From Botryllus schlosseri (taxonomy: Eukaryota), in contig CM119372.1 of the NCBI GenBank assembly GCA_051294905.1, forward strand, positions 23,624,001-23,688,000: a stretch of DNA of 64,000 bases. Reading direction: 5' to 3'. The notes beneath the pieces are model-generated. The model was given only the letters and a program-made list of their open reading frames with translations, did not search any database and had not been told where the DNA came from. Made by a program: the position numbers and the translations under genes. Of this stretch, positions 13,467-26,670 are shown one piece after another; within the stretch, counting starts at the first letter, position 1, and the number at the start of each line of letters is the position of its first letter.

Positions 13467-16021
13467 ACCCACATAGTTCAGTGACAACCTTCAAACTTGT
13501 TACAGCGATCGATACTAACATTAAGACTTACCGTGCCAAATGTCATGACCGATCTCGGTATGGAACATCGTCAAAATCAATGGAGACCAATACCGGCTTT
13601 TGAGTAAAATCTATTTGCTGTACAATGTACATGATAGATCAGCACACACTGAACTTCGGAAACGAAATAACTACCCTTATCTTTAAGTAGCAAGCCTGAA
13701 ACTTGGAGCAGTGCTAAATACTACCTTCACGACATATCATACCAAGTTTCAAGAATTATCATGGTGCGAAGCGCCGCCAAAATCGACCTATACCAGCAAA
13801 GGTCGACTCAACGCATATTACGGTAACCGAGTTCAGATATAGATATGATTGTTACATCACACCTTAGGGGCAAACAGGCATAGTTGCCCCACTTGCTCGG
13901 TCATTTTACGAATATGAGAGAGTAAATCAGCGTTTCTTTATTGTGCGCGGCTTTGAGAGAATAGATAGTGAAAGCTTGAGCGCTCCCCGGCTAGGCATTC
14001 ACAAAGCGAAAACACAAAAGAGAATTCGATTTTCGCCGAGACTTCGCTATGTATGGGCATTTGCTAGCGAAAGCACAAAAATAACTCGGGTTTCGCTGTG
14101 ATCTCGGTATGTATTGATCGCTGTGCGTCTATAAATGGTTAAATTGTTATTGAACAGAATTTTAGTTGGGGCAATGCCCCAGTTGCCCTATAGGACGAGC
14201 CGCCACTGGTTGGTAGAACCAAATATGGTCACTACAGCAGTACATACCCACCGTGTGATACGTCAGTGACGTGGGGTTAGGGAAGGAAAGTGCATGAGGC
14301 AGTGCCTCAGATATCGTCAGGGATGAGTGAAGAAAATTGTGAACCCTTCAATGGGTATTGGTATCTTCTATCGATGTTTATGAATTGACTAGATTTTGAA
14401 CATTTTTATTCCCAAAATCACGGAATTTTTATAAATCACGGAATTTTCATATTTAGTGTTCGTAAATAAAGCACGAAAGGAGAGGTCAGGCTCAGATGAG
14501 GCACAGGCGGGCCAAGCCTCACCTATGTGTAACAGCGCAACTCATCTTAAATAGCTTAGAATTTATGATCACTGATATTAATCAAATGTAATTGTCGCGT
14601 GGAATCTGAAAATCCAAGTATTGATCGACTTCTAAAATGTTCGTCGAAAAGTAATGTTGGGTTACACACCTACATTTTTACGGCGGTGCTAGAAAGATAC
14701 TAACCAATCAAGAAAATGGATAGCTATGGCGTTGTTTTTAATTTGAATTTATAATTGTAAATATCACTTCCAAGACATTTTATTTCTTGGCGTAGATCAG
14801 AAAAACAATGTGTATTTGAAAACTGCATTGTCCTGCAAGTGTCGCCATGTCTGCTATTCTCTTTCGTCAATCAAGCTATCGTGCAATCCAAAATTTCTAG
14901 GCGCGCGATAGTGGTTAGATCGAATTCGCGAGTGGTGTTACTAACTTAAATTTCGAGATTTTGAAAATAGGGTGGCACGAGCCCCTAACCTTGGATACCC
15001 CACTGTCTTGACCCCTAAAACACATGTTTAATTGTTTATGCTGCCACGAGAATAATTATTTTCGCTGCCATGAAAATTTATCAACGATTTGCTGGAATAT
15101 TGATACAGTATAAAATTGAAAATTTCTCAAAGAGCCATATTTAATACCCAAAAGAGCCAGACATGGCTCGCGAGCCATAGGTTCCCGACCAATGGCCTAT
15201 GCGGATCAGATGGCGAGGAAAACCTGTTATCCGCCTTAACTAATACACTTGTTCTCCATTTTTATCTTTTATTTTGGGCCTGAACGCCGAGACAGTGACG
15301 CTTCTTTCTCAAGCAATAGAGAACTTATGAGACGCGGCACATTACTTGTAATTATTTTTATTGAAAAAAATTGCTTCACATTAAACTATTTCAAAATTTG
15401 CCGTAGTGTACTTAGGGCAGCACCTTCAACGAAAGCTAGGGGTGGCAGCATATGCTGCTAAGCCACTGATACAATGTATAAAATATAATTCAACACTACA
15501 AGTGTCGTCGGAAACGAAGACAGTTGTCCGTGTGATCTTGAAATACGTGGTATAAGACAGACTCAGCGATACGTTCATAAACAAGCCGTTCACTGCCGCC
15601 GCTGGACGTCGGTCCGTCGCAAGGTAGGTAGACGCAGCGAATAGTGCAAGTAACCTTCTAAAGTCAGATTACACAAGTATAACCATCACATTGCACAAAG
15701 ACATTCACCCTGTGCTATACCCAGTATAAACACTAATGCAAATTTCGCTGAATGCGGAGAACAAAAACAGACTGGTGAAACCCATCAACGATTTTGATAA
15801 AGACACCCAAATTTGCAGAAAAAGGAAGATGGCTTGAAATCATTCCCTGGTCTTGTTGATATGAAATTGAATTACCGAACGATTCAGAAAGAAATCGTAA
15901 ACATTAAGTACAAATAATATATCACATGATCAGAAAACGACAACAACACGATTATCTTCTACAAAAGGTTGGACTTCGGAATGACATGACTACCTTCGCC
16001 CTCTGGCTACGCTAGTATGAC

Positions 16022-16574
16022 TCAGTTGATATAAACCCTCTCACTGTCGACGATCTTCCACGAATTCCAACATCCTCCATCACCTGGTAGGAAAAATGAT
16101 GACATGAACATAATTATCTGTGCCACGCTTCAACCAAGCAATGACGTACCTTCCGCTAAGACTTCCAACTCGGTACCACAACCATTTGAAAATGTCTCCA
16201 CTTTCCTTAATTCCTCTGCGTAATCATCGTCAGTTAGGTACAGTGTTACTTTCCTCGAATTACAGTTGTTGACTAGAGACTGAATGTCCTCGCGTGAAGG
16301 ACGATATCGATACTTCAACGCGCATCGGACGTTCCATATCTGTGTGGCGGGAGATTTGCTTTAAAATAGGCAAGTAACCACATGTGTTAATCACTACCGT
16401 CTTTTGCTGACTAGCTGTAACTATGTTTTTCAAGTCATCCTCTTTTTGAGCGTAAAACATAGCATGGATTTGGACGTGAACATCACATCCGGACAGCTGA
16501 TTTCCTTGTTGTAAAATTCTGTTGTAATCATCGACTGGTGTCTCTCCATTCACAACAATGTGCACGACATCAAC
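16022..16574 (-). pseudogene. 3' exons of the same unidentified gene, with an apparent +1 frameshift near 16320
   Basis: Exon 16574-16150 (ttccag| ... G|GTACGT) reads VDVVHIVVNGETPVDDYNRILQQ...TDMERPMR, then continues in a shifted frame as LKYRYRPSREDIQSLVNNC...LEVLAE. After a 66-nt intron, the last exon 16083-16022 reads (G)DGGCWNSWKIVDSERVYIN*. Confidence 0.55.
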
Positions 16575-16744
16575 CTGGAATATGAGAGGAAGGAATATCA
16601 TTCGGATTCATCATAACATAAAAATATAGTACCGAACAATAATGGCCGAACCTCTGGACATCAACCAGTAAAACGCCGAAACGGTTATTGGAAGTGACGA
16701 TCAATGCCACAGCATACGTTTAAGCTTCGAGGATTGAGGCTTAC

Positions 16745-16825
16745 CTGATATTTCTTGACGGAAGTTCGAATGAGCGACCAGTCGATGATTACCTCTTCTG
16801 TGCAATCAAGCAACAGCTTGCTTAT
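16745..16825 (-). CDS. Exon of an unidentified gene
   Basis: Acceptor gcatttag| and donor cag|GTAAGC flank an 81-nt open phase-0 exon: ISKLLLDCTEEVIIDWSLIRTSVKKYQ. Confidence 0.6.
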
Positions 16826-17473
16826 CTAAATGCAATGTCTGTTTCGTGAGACAGGTTCGTATTCGTGATAATGACCATTCAATGATGCCTATCACAACTT
16901 ATTCAAAATACCGTACTATTGTATTGCTATTGCTTACTCAGTATCTCACATGGGCCTAACTGTTATGTTCGTGCATTTTACGTGGGTATCGTTTGTCTCG
17001 GATTAGTAATTGCCGTCAATCATTATTTCCTCCTGGTCGTGTTTCGTATTTATACCCTGTGTTCTGCTGTCTGCTGTATATATATCATTGGCTGGGCTTT
17101 TCGTTTTACGTTGGATCGTGTCTCCTGTATTAAAGTTATTCTGCTGAGTGCAGATAATATACTGATTTCATATTGCAACCCCGTCGTATGAGTTATTGTT
17201 CAACAAGATCAAGAACATAACACTAACACTAACCACCATCCAAATTGTGCAATTTTATCAAAATAGACCCACCTTTACTGTGTTTAGCAGCAATGAATAT
17301 TGTATCGACACATTAGAAACCCACTGAACGTCTGACACTTCGAGTCCTGACACAAAATCTCCCCAATGTGTCCATTAAGTATTCGAGGATAATTAGCTAA
17401 GCAACATACAAGCGTTGTTGCTAGATAATGGGAATTCGATACTTCGTTGCTAGAAGTAGCCTGTACTGGCTAT

Positions 17474-17899
17474 TAGGGATGGTGCGTGGGTGGGTGGTAT
17501 TTATCAATTATGGCATGATTTTACAACTTGAAAAAAACACAGTTTTTTTAAAGGCCTTAGTTTAAAACACTGTTTCGAACAAAGTATTTTAAACAATCAT
17601 GTGTTTTAAATGCAACCCTATTAATATACAATACACGGTACCTAGCGACGACTCAGGTCACATTATGTCTCAATGCTGAAGTAGGCCTACATGACTTTTT
17701 AAACGTCATCAAATGTACCAACTATAGCAATAAAATACTATACCCATAAAATCAATATCTTCAGTAAACTTTTTCAGATTGCAAGGTGCGTGAAAAATTG
17801 TAATATATGGAAAAGATTCACATTGCAGAACCTATACGAAGGTTCGTTTGTGAAAGTGAGCCTCTAGATTTCTGAGGTTCACACACAGAACCATCCCTA
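17474..17899. mobile_element. Deleted member of the TAGGGATGG hAT MITE family
   Basis: TIRs TAGGGATGGT / ACCATCCCTA. Perfect TSD ctggctat. Internal homology to 27110-28095. Confidence 0.85.
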
Positions 17900-18483
17900 C
17901 TGGCTATTTGATTGATCTTGTTTGGAAATAATAATACCACACTGAAACCGTAAATTCAACTACCAGAGATTTCTAATTCTCAGTTGTGTGTCTAAAATAT
18001 ATAGCGATTCATTGCTCTACCAAGAACAAATATTTGGTTGCTACTCGAACCGTATATAAATACAGCCTGTTGTATGCAGAAAATGCAGTAATGAATTACA
18101 GAAAACAGCGTATAGGCTATACGGACAACAATCAGACAGGGGTAGATTACTTCATGAATGAAATCGATTGCGATTACGATTACTTCTGAATCACGCGATT
18201 ACGATTACGATTACAGCAAAATCAAAGGCGAAGTCCGCAGGCCAATGCTTCTGAAAATATAACTTTGACTACTCTCCAAAATGAAACGAAGCTACAAATA
18301 AGTTTGCATATCGGCAATGTTTGGTATTCAATACAGCGAATGTTAGTATAGTGAGGCAATGGAAATGTCCAGTCATTTATAATAGCGAGTGTCAATAAAG
18401 CATGCGTAATAATTGCTAGTCACTCATGTACCGAGTGTTAAAGAGCGAGTGACTGAATGACTATAGCGCGACTCTTTCTAGAA

Positions 18484-20015
18484 CAGAGGTCTCAAACACG
18501 CGGCCCGCGGGCCGCATGCGGCCCGCCATAGCATTTTGTACGGCCCGCGATGACATTTTAGATTTTTATTAATTCGACAATATTCAAGTGTCACATATAT
18601 CTTTTCGGGTTATAAAGTGAAAATTCCCTCTTAAATCGCTCCGAAAGCCTGAAACTATTCTTTAAACTTCACTATCACATCAATTGCAAACGCTACCATG
18701 TAGTGGAAGACTCACTATTTCGCCGCATTTCCAATTCATGATGACAAAACCTGACCTATAGACGATTCGTCACTGAAATTTGGTAGTTTGACTTGGGCGC
18801 GACCTTTCTTAGAATTACTCAGACTCGGGCTAACTCGATGGCAAAATGAAAATGACTCGAGTGGACTGGGAGTGACTCGGAATGCCATGAATATGTTAGA
18901 ATCATGGACGCAACAAGCTAATAGCGTATCAGGAGAATAGCAATAGATCAGAAGGTCGCAGCTTGGTATTTCGCAAACTAAGCAAGTAGTTATGGCAACT
19001 ATTGGCGATCTGTTAGTTACATCTTTGGTCGCTAAACCATGTTATTAAGGCCACTTAAAAGTACCAAGTACCGCAGTGGTACACTCCAACGATGTAACAA
19101 CAATAGGCCGTTCGGCGTTCCGACATTTCAATCACTAGGACACATTCATTAATATATTTATATTATATTTATATTTTTTTCTGCTCCTAAATTTGAAAAT
19201 ATTTGGCCATGAGATTAATAACCTACTTATCAGAAGTATACCTGAATCCTGGATTGGAATTACAATGCTCAACTTAAAAATGTTTTGATATCAGATCAGT
19301 CTCTATTATCAATCTGTTAAATTCAAAATATTCATAGTAGCTGCAAAATTATAACCCGGCAGCTTTTATGATAGCATCATACATTTGTCCGCCCATATCG
19401 TGTCTCTATCTTATAATTGATATATAATTGATAATTGCAACAACTTATTAGGTTATGGCTCTGTAAGTAGAACTCAGACGAGTAGATGTCCTGGGGTATA
19501 GGCTGCACTGTCTGGTACTTAACTGAGAGAATGTCCTGCGTTGTAGTCGTGAATTCTTCGGACGAATATATTGTTCATACACAGTTTATTATCAACGTAT
19601 TTCGGTAGGTTTAGCATGAATCTCATCTCGTTTTAGCTCTTGCACGAGCTTATAAACGCTCGGCATAATCGCAATAGGAAGTCTACGTCACATGCTCGTA
19701 TGGGCGTGAAATACACAGTTGTCTGATACCTATACACAGCGACAATATCAAGTACAACAACAATTCTATTCAAATAGTTATAAATGTGATGATTCTTTTC
19801 GTGCCAGGCCTAAATTGATACAAAAGTAAATCACATTTTGACGATGTGTGTTTACTGTCAGTCTGCTGTATCGGCTCACTTCCAATAGGACAATTCATTC
19901 CCGCCAAACAAAGCCAACTTGGAAAGACAAAGAATACCCCTATAAAAGCTGCGGCCCGCGGCGTCGTAAAAACTGGAAAACTGGCCCGCGATGACATTTG
20001 AGTTTGAGACCTCTG
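18484..20015. mobile_element. Charlie/Buster-like non-autonomous hAT element
   Basis: TIRs CAGAGGTCTCAAAC / GTTTGAGACCTCTG with GCGGCCCGC subterminal motifs. Perfect TSD ttctagaa. A related 5' end starts at ~60996. Confidence 0.88.
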
Positions 20016-20960
20016 TTCTAGAATGACGAGCTGTTATCATGCGCGTTTGCTCTTTCTAGACTCAGTATTGAATATGATTTCTTATTATGACACTCGCTGT
20101 CTGACGCTCGCTGACATGAGCGAATCCCAACCAGCACACTCGCTGTTTTGAGAAGCGCTATTTTGAAAGAGAATGCATTTTGAACTCGCTGCATTGACGT
20201 TCGTAGTTTTGACACAAGTTATTTTCTCTGGATTCCCCTATTAATATATTTGAGGCAGAATAACCGTGACTGACCTTTTCCAGTTTCGAATTCATTGTCA
20301 TCCGCAAATCTTCCAATTTGGCACACAAATCTTGCTCAGGGCATTTGGTAATGGTTGCTTCGAAAAGTATCGAATAAAACAGTACACATGAGAGGGGCAA
20401 GACCTTTTCGAATACAAGGGTTGATTCCTGTGGGAAGTAAAGGTTGTTAGCAGCGTCACGATACGGGATAGATGAATATGCAAAGCATAAGGAGTTTAAG
20501 CGATTAAATCTCGATGATCGAAAAAAGAGCGGGCAATACCGATGACTTATTAAGACAGTGGTTCTCAACCTTGTTGTCTTCGCGGACCCCTTCTGGACCG
20601 TCAAGGACACCCGTGGCTCTAGGGTGGAGTGAAAAATGAAAATTTTTGAATTTCAAAAAAGTGTCTTGATATGTGGTGCCAAATAGCAAATAAATAAATT
20701 CTGTCATAATTTTGGGTTCGTACGCCCTCTAGTGGTCGTGCACTTTCACCGAACGAGTCGAAAATAGCCACTTTCGCCATATCTTGATAACCGCTTACAC
20801 TAGAGAGCTGGTTTTAGGCTTAAAAGATGCAGAAGCAACATGTTTCTATCTCACTTCCATAACACTTACTCTTAAAAATGAACAGAAAAAAGTTACAAGC
20901 AAATTACTGATTTTATAGGTAAAATTAAGCACTGAAGCAGTCGGTGGGATGTCAAAAGCG

Positions 20961-22298
20961 CAGAGGTGGTCAAAGTAGTCAAGAAAGCTACTCAAGTAGA
21001 AGTGGAAGTAGCGACGAAAAAATCTACTCAAGTACAAGTAGAAGTACTTCTTCCATAAGCAACCTAAAACTACTTGAAGTAGAACTAGAATTGACTGACT
21101 TTAAAAGTACTCAAGTAAGTAAGTAGTTGTGAAAACGATCCTAATTCGTTCACATGGACTGTAAAAAGGTGCAAATTGAGCTAGGCGAAAGGGGACGAGC
21201 TTGATTCATATTGATGCATACCAGCAGGTATCCAATTTTCGATAGCATAAGCATTCATCCACATCATGGGATGAAAATGATAGTATTGATATCCTCTGTT
21301 TTCTCGAACAGCGCGTTTTAGGAAGTAGCATGGTATGGCGCCATCCCCCATATTATAAGGTCCGTAGTTTAGTCGAAGAGCAATACGGAGAAGTTGTATA
21401 GGATACGGTGTAAACACTTTGCGCGATTAGTAAACGTTAGTAAAAAATATGGGGGACCGTAAAAATACCATATTGTGTATAGCTTTATTTCCGGAAATTA
21501 AAGGCATTACTACACTTGCTTTTACACTTCAACATGTATTTTATCCAGACAAAAGAACTGATATTAATTATTACTCAAAGTATATGATACTGAGAATTGA
21601 AAATAAAACATAAATACTACTTCTAAAAGCAGAACACGTCTTTCATGCCTTTAGTCCAGAAAGTTTCAAAGGTGGTTAAAAGTTTCAAGGTGGCTAAAAC
21701 AGCACTAAAACTAAATAAAAAGTCACAGTCCACTTTTCCAGGTTAGGACGCGCCATGGACATGCTAGATTACGATATGACAAGTAAATGGTAGATTGCGA
21801 AACATCAGTTTCAAAGGTTATGATGAGCCATATATACTATGATGAATTATTTTATATGGGTGAAGGGCGACAATGTGGTATGAATGTGAACGCAGGCATA
21901 TCTAGTTCTAGATATCCCTGTGTGAATGGAACCACGCGAACCCGCTACCTAAATTATATTCATCGATACTTCTGTAAAATCATACTGGTAACTCCGCAAA
22001 CACTGCGCGCGAAGCGCGACGAAAATTCTCGGCTTTTCTCAACTTTTATGAAAATTAAATGCTGAAGCTCTGTGAAAACAGCCCCGAAATTCCTCAGGCT
22101 ATCTTCCTGATTGGAAGATTGAACTACTTCTACTTGACAAACCGAAAATAGCGAAAAGTAAGTAAGTAGATCACAAAATATTACGAAGTAGAAGTGGAAG
22201 TAGCGAAAATCAGATCTACTTGAGTAAGTACCAGAAGTAGAGGAACACTACTTGATTACTTCGAAAAAGTAGAAGTACTTCGTTACTGACCACCTCTG
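20961..22298 (+). mobile_element. 1.34-kb hAT MITE with AGTA-rich subtermini
   Basis: TIRs CAGAGGTGGTCA / TGACCACCTCTG. Perfect TSD caaaagcg. Inverted copies at 48195-49478 and ~51754-52812. Confidence 0.92.
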
Positions 22299-22594
22299 CA
22301 AAAGCGTGTAGTGATTGATCTTATGACTGAGCAACATATCCCATCAATTACAACTACTTTTCGAAACTTGCTCAAACAAATGAAGCCCCCACCAAGTATA
22401 AATAGGGCTCGGGCATCAATAGTGACTTCTAAAACTGTATCTAAAACGGCGTTCATCGGCAGTGCGACCTCGCGATTTCGATAACTTAAAAACAGTGACT
22501 GTAAAGAGATTTTTTACCAACATGCTGTTGTAGGGTTTGTATCACGTGCATCACAAAGCTCCTGATTGAAAGCACAAAAATTGGAGATCCACAT

Positions 22595-22907
22595 TCAAAA
22601 CACAAATATCAATTCTATCTTGGAAACAAAATGTTTGCAAGACTTCAGTTTTTGTCTGATGAGGCCATCTCTACTTTTGAATCCTGAAACATGGGCAGAT
22701 GCTTCAGTCACCACTGTCACATGTCTTTCCACTGCCTGGTTGTGGCCAGAATAACTGAGCTATATTGGTGATGATCTTAGGTTTCCAGCTCGAGATCTGA
22801 CAAGGTCATGATTGCAGGCGGCTGTTCAATATGTCTGATGTTTAAGTTGACAATTTGGAAGATGTAGCCTCGATATTCATAATTGGAATTCGGAAGAATC
22901 TGATGCT
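22595..22907 (-). pseudogene. Transposase C-terminal fragment (hATm/'Cc8K15.2-like' type)
   Basis: Frameshifted reading SIRFFRIPIMNIEATS..QIVNLNIRHIEQPPAIMTLSDLELE..YSGHNQAVERHVTVVTEASAHVSGFKSRDGLIRQKLKS. This matches the conserved R.F.IP..N..A / EPP / PCH.QAVER.V..VTEAS...RDG.IR motif. Confidence 0.75.
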
Positions 22908-23219
22908 GGTGTCAATGTTGCTGTTTTTAGGTTTGGTTTCATTTATATATCCATCTAAGTCGTTAATTGGAACCAGATCTGCAATATTTAGAGGCTGGGC
23001 CGATCGTTCATACAAGATTGACTCTCAAATGCCAAATTTACAAGGTACTATGTGGGACAGAGTTATCATCGAGAAATCTGAACTGTCTTGCTCAATTCGG
23101 CATGGAAGTCTATTTTGTGTCATGGTTTGAAATGATTTTTTTTTTAAATATTTCTAAAATTTAGTTTCCTGTGTCACAAAGCTGCCTGATACATGAATTC
23201 GTTCTCTTGCACTATCTAT

Positions 23220-25180
23220 TAGGGATGGTGTGAACCTCTGAAAGGTTCGGGTTCGTGTGAACGCGAACCTTTCTGAAAGGTTCTGTGTGAACGCGAACGT
23301 GAACCTCATGACGTCACGCGACGTCATATTGCTAATTACAACCCTATCTTCAATGAAGTGATAGCCTATATTAATGTACACGATATACCTAGCGACGACT
23401 CGGACCACATAATGTCGCAATGCATAAGTAAAAATTGGCGTTTTAAACGTCACTAAATGTATCAACTGAGGCAATCAAAGGATAAAATACTCCCACAAAA
23501 TCAATATCTTACGCTGCTTTGCCAACAATTTCGACGAGGACCTACCAGTAAATATAAGCTTACGCCTTATCGGTCTATAGTTCAGACCGAACAATGTATT
23601 CGGCGTAGTATTGCTATTGATACTAAGCAGAGTGTAAAACGGGTTTCTAGACTTGCTACCGATATTACCCCATTAACAAGTTATACAGCAGTAGCCAACA
23701 CCTCCATCGCACTGATTTGGTTTTAATGATGCAGGAAAGATATGAAGCCTAGATTCACCACGTACGCATGTCAGAATTGTTACATCAGAAAACGATATCA
23801 GTCTCATTATTTCGTTGAATAAGCATCATTCCTTGACCACGTATTTCGCTCATGATGTTGTATGATTGCGGGTCAAGCTCACAGCAGAGAGTCACTAAAT
23901 ACTCACAAACAGAAAGCTGGATATTTCGAGCAAACTTTTGTAATGAAGCAAGTAAAACTTTTGAGATTGCCAAGGTGCATGCTCGATTAGTGTAGATTTT
24001 TAATGCTGCCAACGCCATGCATAGGGTGGCCCGCAGTTGAAATGCAATAAATTTGAACCAAAGATCTTTTATAATGAAGTGAAAATTGTAATATATGAAA
24101 AAGGTTCACAGTGCAGAACCTACCAAGGTTCTGTTGTGAACGCGAACCTCTAAATTTCCGAGGTTCACACACAGAACGCGAACGTGAACCTCTGAAAGGT
24201 TCAGGTTCGTGTGAACGCGAACCTTTTTGAAAGGTTCTGTGTGAACGCGAACGTGAACCTCATGACGTCACGTGACGTCATATTTCTAATTCCATCCCTA
24301 TATTTCAGTGAAGTGATCCTATATTAATAAATACTATACCTAGCTAGCGACGACTCGGGCCACATAATGTTACAATGCTGAAGTAATATTGACGTTTTAA
24401 ACGTCGTTAAATTTATCAACTGAGGCAATCAAATGATATGATAATCCCATAACATCATTATCTTCCGTCGCTTTGCCAACAATTTCGACGAGGATTTGCA
24501 AGGGTATATAAGATAACGCCGTAACGCTCTAGGCTAGACCAGGCAATAAATTCGTATTCGGCGTCTGAGTATTGCTACGTTGATATTGAGCAGAGCGTAA
24601 AACGGGTGTCTATACTTGTCACCGATATTACCCCATCAGCAAGTTATACAGCAATAGCCAACACCCCAATCGCACGGATTTGGTTTTCATGATAGAATAA
24701 ACATATCCAATCAAGATGGATCCCGAACGCCTGCTAGATTGTTTACATTAGATAACGATGCATTCTTTATATCAATTTCATTGATTTGTTGGATTTGAAT
24801 AAGCACCATTAGCTGACTTTACCTACACATAGCGTGTTTCACTCTTGAGGTTGTGCGATTGCGGGTCAAGCTCACAGTACAGAGTCACTGAATATTCACA
24901 AACGGAAAGCTGGATACTTCGAGCAAACTTTTGTAACAAAGCAAGTAATTTTTTTTAGAGTGGCGATGCGCAATGTGCAATGTGCATTGTGCATGCTAGT
25001 TTCGTGTTGATTTGTATGCTGCCAGCACCATGCATAGAGTGAACCGAAGTAGAAATCATACAGTAACATATGAAGTCAAGATTGACCCCGTACACCTGCT
25101 AGATTGTTTTACGTCAGACAACGATATCAATCTCATTGATTGGCTGAATAAGCATCATTCGCTGACTACATGTAGTGTAA
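23220..25180. mobile_element. Head-to-tail dimer of the TAGGGATGG MITE, second unit truncated
   Basis: Unit 1 (23220-~24185) runs through its right GTGAAC array directly into the left array of unit 2. Both units are homologous to 27110-28095. Confidence 0.8.
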
Positions 25181-25797
25181 TTGGTATGATTTATGTTCAT
25201 TTTTCTAATGATTTTGGGCCCTTTTAAGCTCGGCCCATCTCCAATTGGAAGGTTTGGGGTGCCCCAGTTAGGGTTCTGCACAAATGAATGAATCGAAAAC
25301 GAATGATCGCGCAAACTGCGCTGTGTAGCGATGAGTCAGCTGGTATCTGTTCTGTACTTGTAGCTCGGATGTCGTGAAATGACACGTCTTGAACTTCAAG
25401 ACAAATCGAACATGTTGCCAGCCCTAATGTTACCTCACGAAGTTCTGCATCAGTTTAAAATTTGACGTTTTCTTTATTTTATCAATGGACAAGCCTTCAA
25501 CATTGCATCTAGAAATTAAGGCATAAAATTGTAATTTACCTGGCAGGAATGTCGTCGCGGACCGGCGGTTGAGAACCACTGATTTAATCGACACCGTTTA
25601 CTTGATGACTTGATATTGACTCGTAAATTTTGCTCCGAGTCACGAGTCAATCCACATTTCTGAAGCGCTGAGTCAAGTCAAGTCATTTATGTAAAGTGAC
25701 TCGAGTCAAGTCAAGTCATACGACAAATTTGACTCGAGACGGACTTGAGTCAAGTCATGACTCGAGTCATCCCAACACTGCTTACTACTACCTAGAT

Positions 25798-26295
25798 CAG
25801 CGGTTCTCACTCTTTCTGTATGCGCGGGCCCCTTATATCAACTGTAGGCTAGTGATAAACAGCAACTAAATGACCAATTGACCATTCTTAAAAATAACAT
25901 CATAACTTACTATTTATGTAGAAATTGGGAATACTTTCATTATTTTAAGGCGAATTCTGTAGCTAACTTTTCTGACATACGCGGTCGTGTCTTGAAAATC
26001 CTCGCCGTCTATTTGATATGAGCGAGTGCCGAAAATCCGCTTTCAAAAAGATAGTTGGTGGCGAATGCAATAATAACGTGCAACGTTGCCAACAACACCT
26101 TTGGGTATGATTGCAACATATATGACACCAAAATTGAGAAACAGATTTTTAGTGAACATATAACGCCCAGCCTATAGTTGTTGTTGTTAGTATTGTACGT
26201 ATGGTGTTCGGCTACTATGGCCTTTTACACCAGGTCTTAAGAGTCTGACAAATCCTTCAGCGAGGGGTCCGTGGGCCCTCGGTTGAGAAACACTG
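25798..26295. mobile_element. Charlie-like hAT MITE
   Basis: CAGCGGTTCTCA ... TGAGAAACACTG. Decayed TSD acctagat/acctaaag. Confidence 0.6.
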
Positions 26296-26332
26296 ACCTA
26301 AAGGTTTTATTGACAAAGAGCAGTTTTATTAC

Positions 26333-26434
26333 CCGTTTTATGTTGCAGTGATCTTTGTGAGCAACATAAGATTGATCTAACAGATCTTCGGTTTCTTCTC
26401 GACGAACGACCCGTTCTTTTTGTGCTGTCATTTG
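26333..26434 (-). CDS. Candidate second exon (symmetric phase 1)
   Basis: Acceptor ttttgcag|, then 102 nt open in phase with the previous exon: (A)NDSTKRTGRSSRRNRRSVRSILCCSQRSLQHKT. Donor G|GTAATA. Confidence 0.3.
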
Positions 26435-26670
26435 CTGCAAAATGGTACATCCGACATATTACAAATCTGCTGTGGAATGTGGACACCGTGGATTCTCTCA
26501 TGGATGTCTGCTACTGCAGACTGGGTCGAGATCAGCACCCAGACTCGGTGCTCTGTTCAATGCTTTTGGATTTGACGATAAGAGTGGTGGGTGCGATCTT
26601 TTTACCATCGCGTTATGGTCGAGTATCAAAAAGCTTAACTCTCATTGCTCTAGTCTACCGACATTCTTAC

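Larger units (their letters stand above)
7501..14208. mobile_element. hAT-type element 'B', nested in A and itself carrying five insertions
   Basis: TIRs CAGTGGCGGCTCGT / ACGAGCCGCCACTG. TSD gttggtgg/gttggtag. Confidence 0.85.
7316..15194. mobile_element. hAT MITE 'A', split by ~6.7 kb of nested insertions
   Basis: TIRs CAGTGGTCGGGAACC / GGTTCCCGACCAATG. Perfect 8-bp TSD gcctatgc (7308-7315, 15195-15202). An uninterrupted relative lies at 45834-46649. Confidence 0.9.
20620..23150 (-). mobile_element. 3' part of a decayed hATm-like DNA transposon, interrupted by 20961-22298
   Basis: TAGGGTGGAGTGAAAAATG terminus at 20620, with a transposase C-terminal remnant at 22595-22907. The left limit is defined and the right limit is approximate. 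Confidence 0.55.

Noticed and set aside
20556..25581. One large element bounded by CAGTGGTTCTCAACC / GGTTGAGAACCACTG
   Set aside because: Flanks (tattaaga vs atttaatc) give no TSD, so the ends may belong to different copies.
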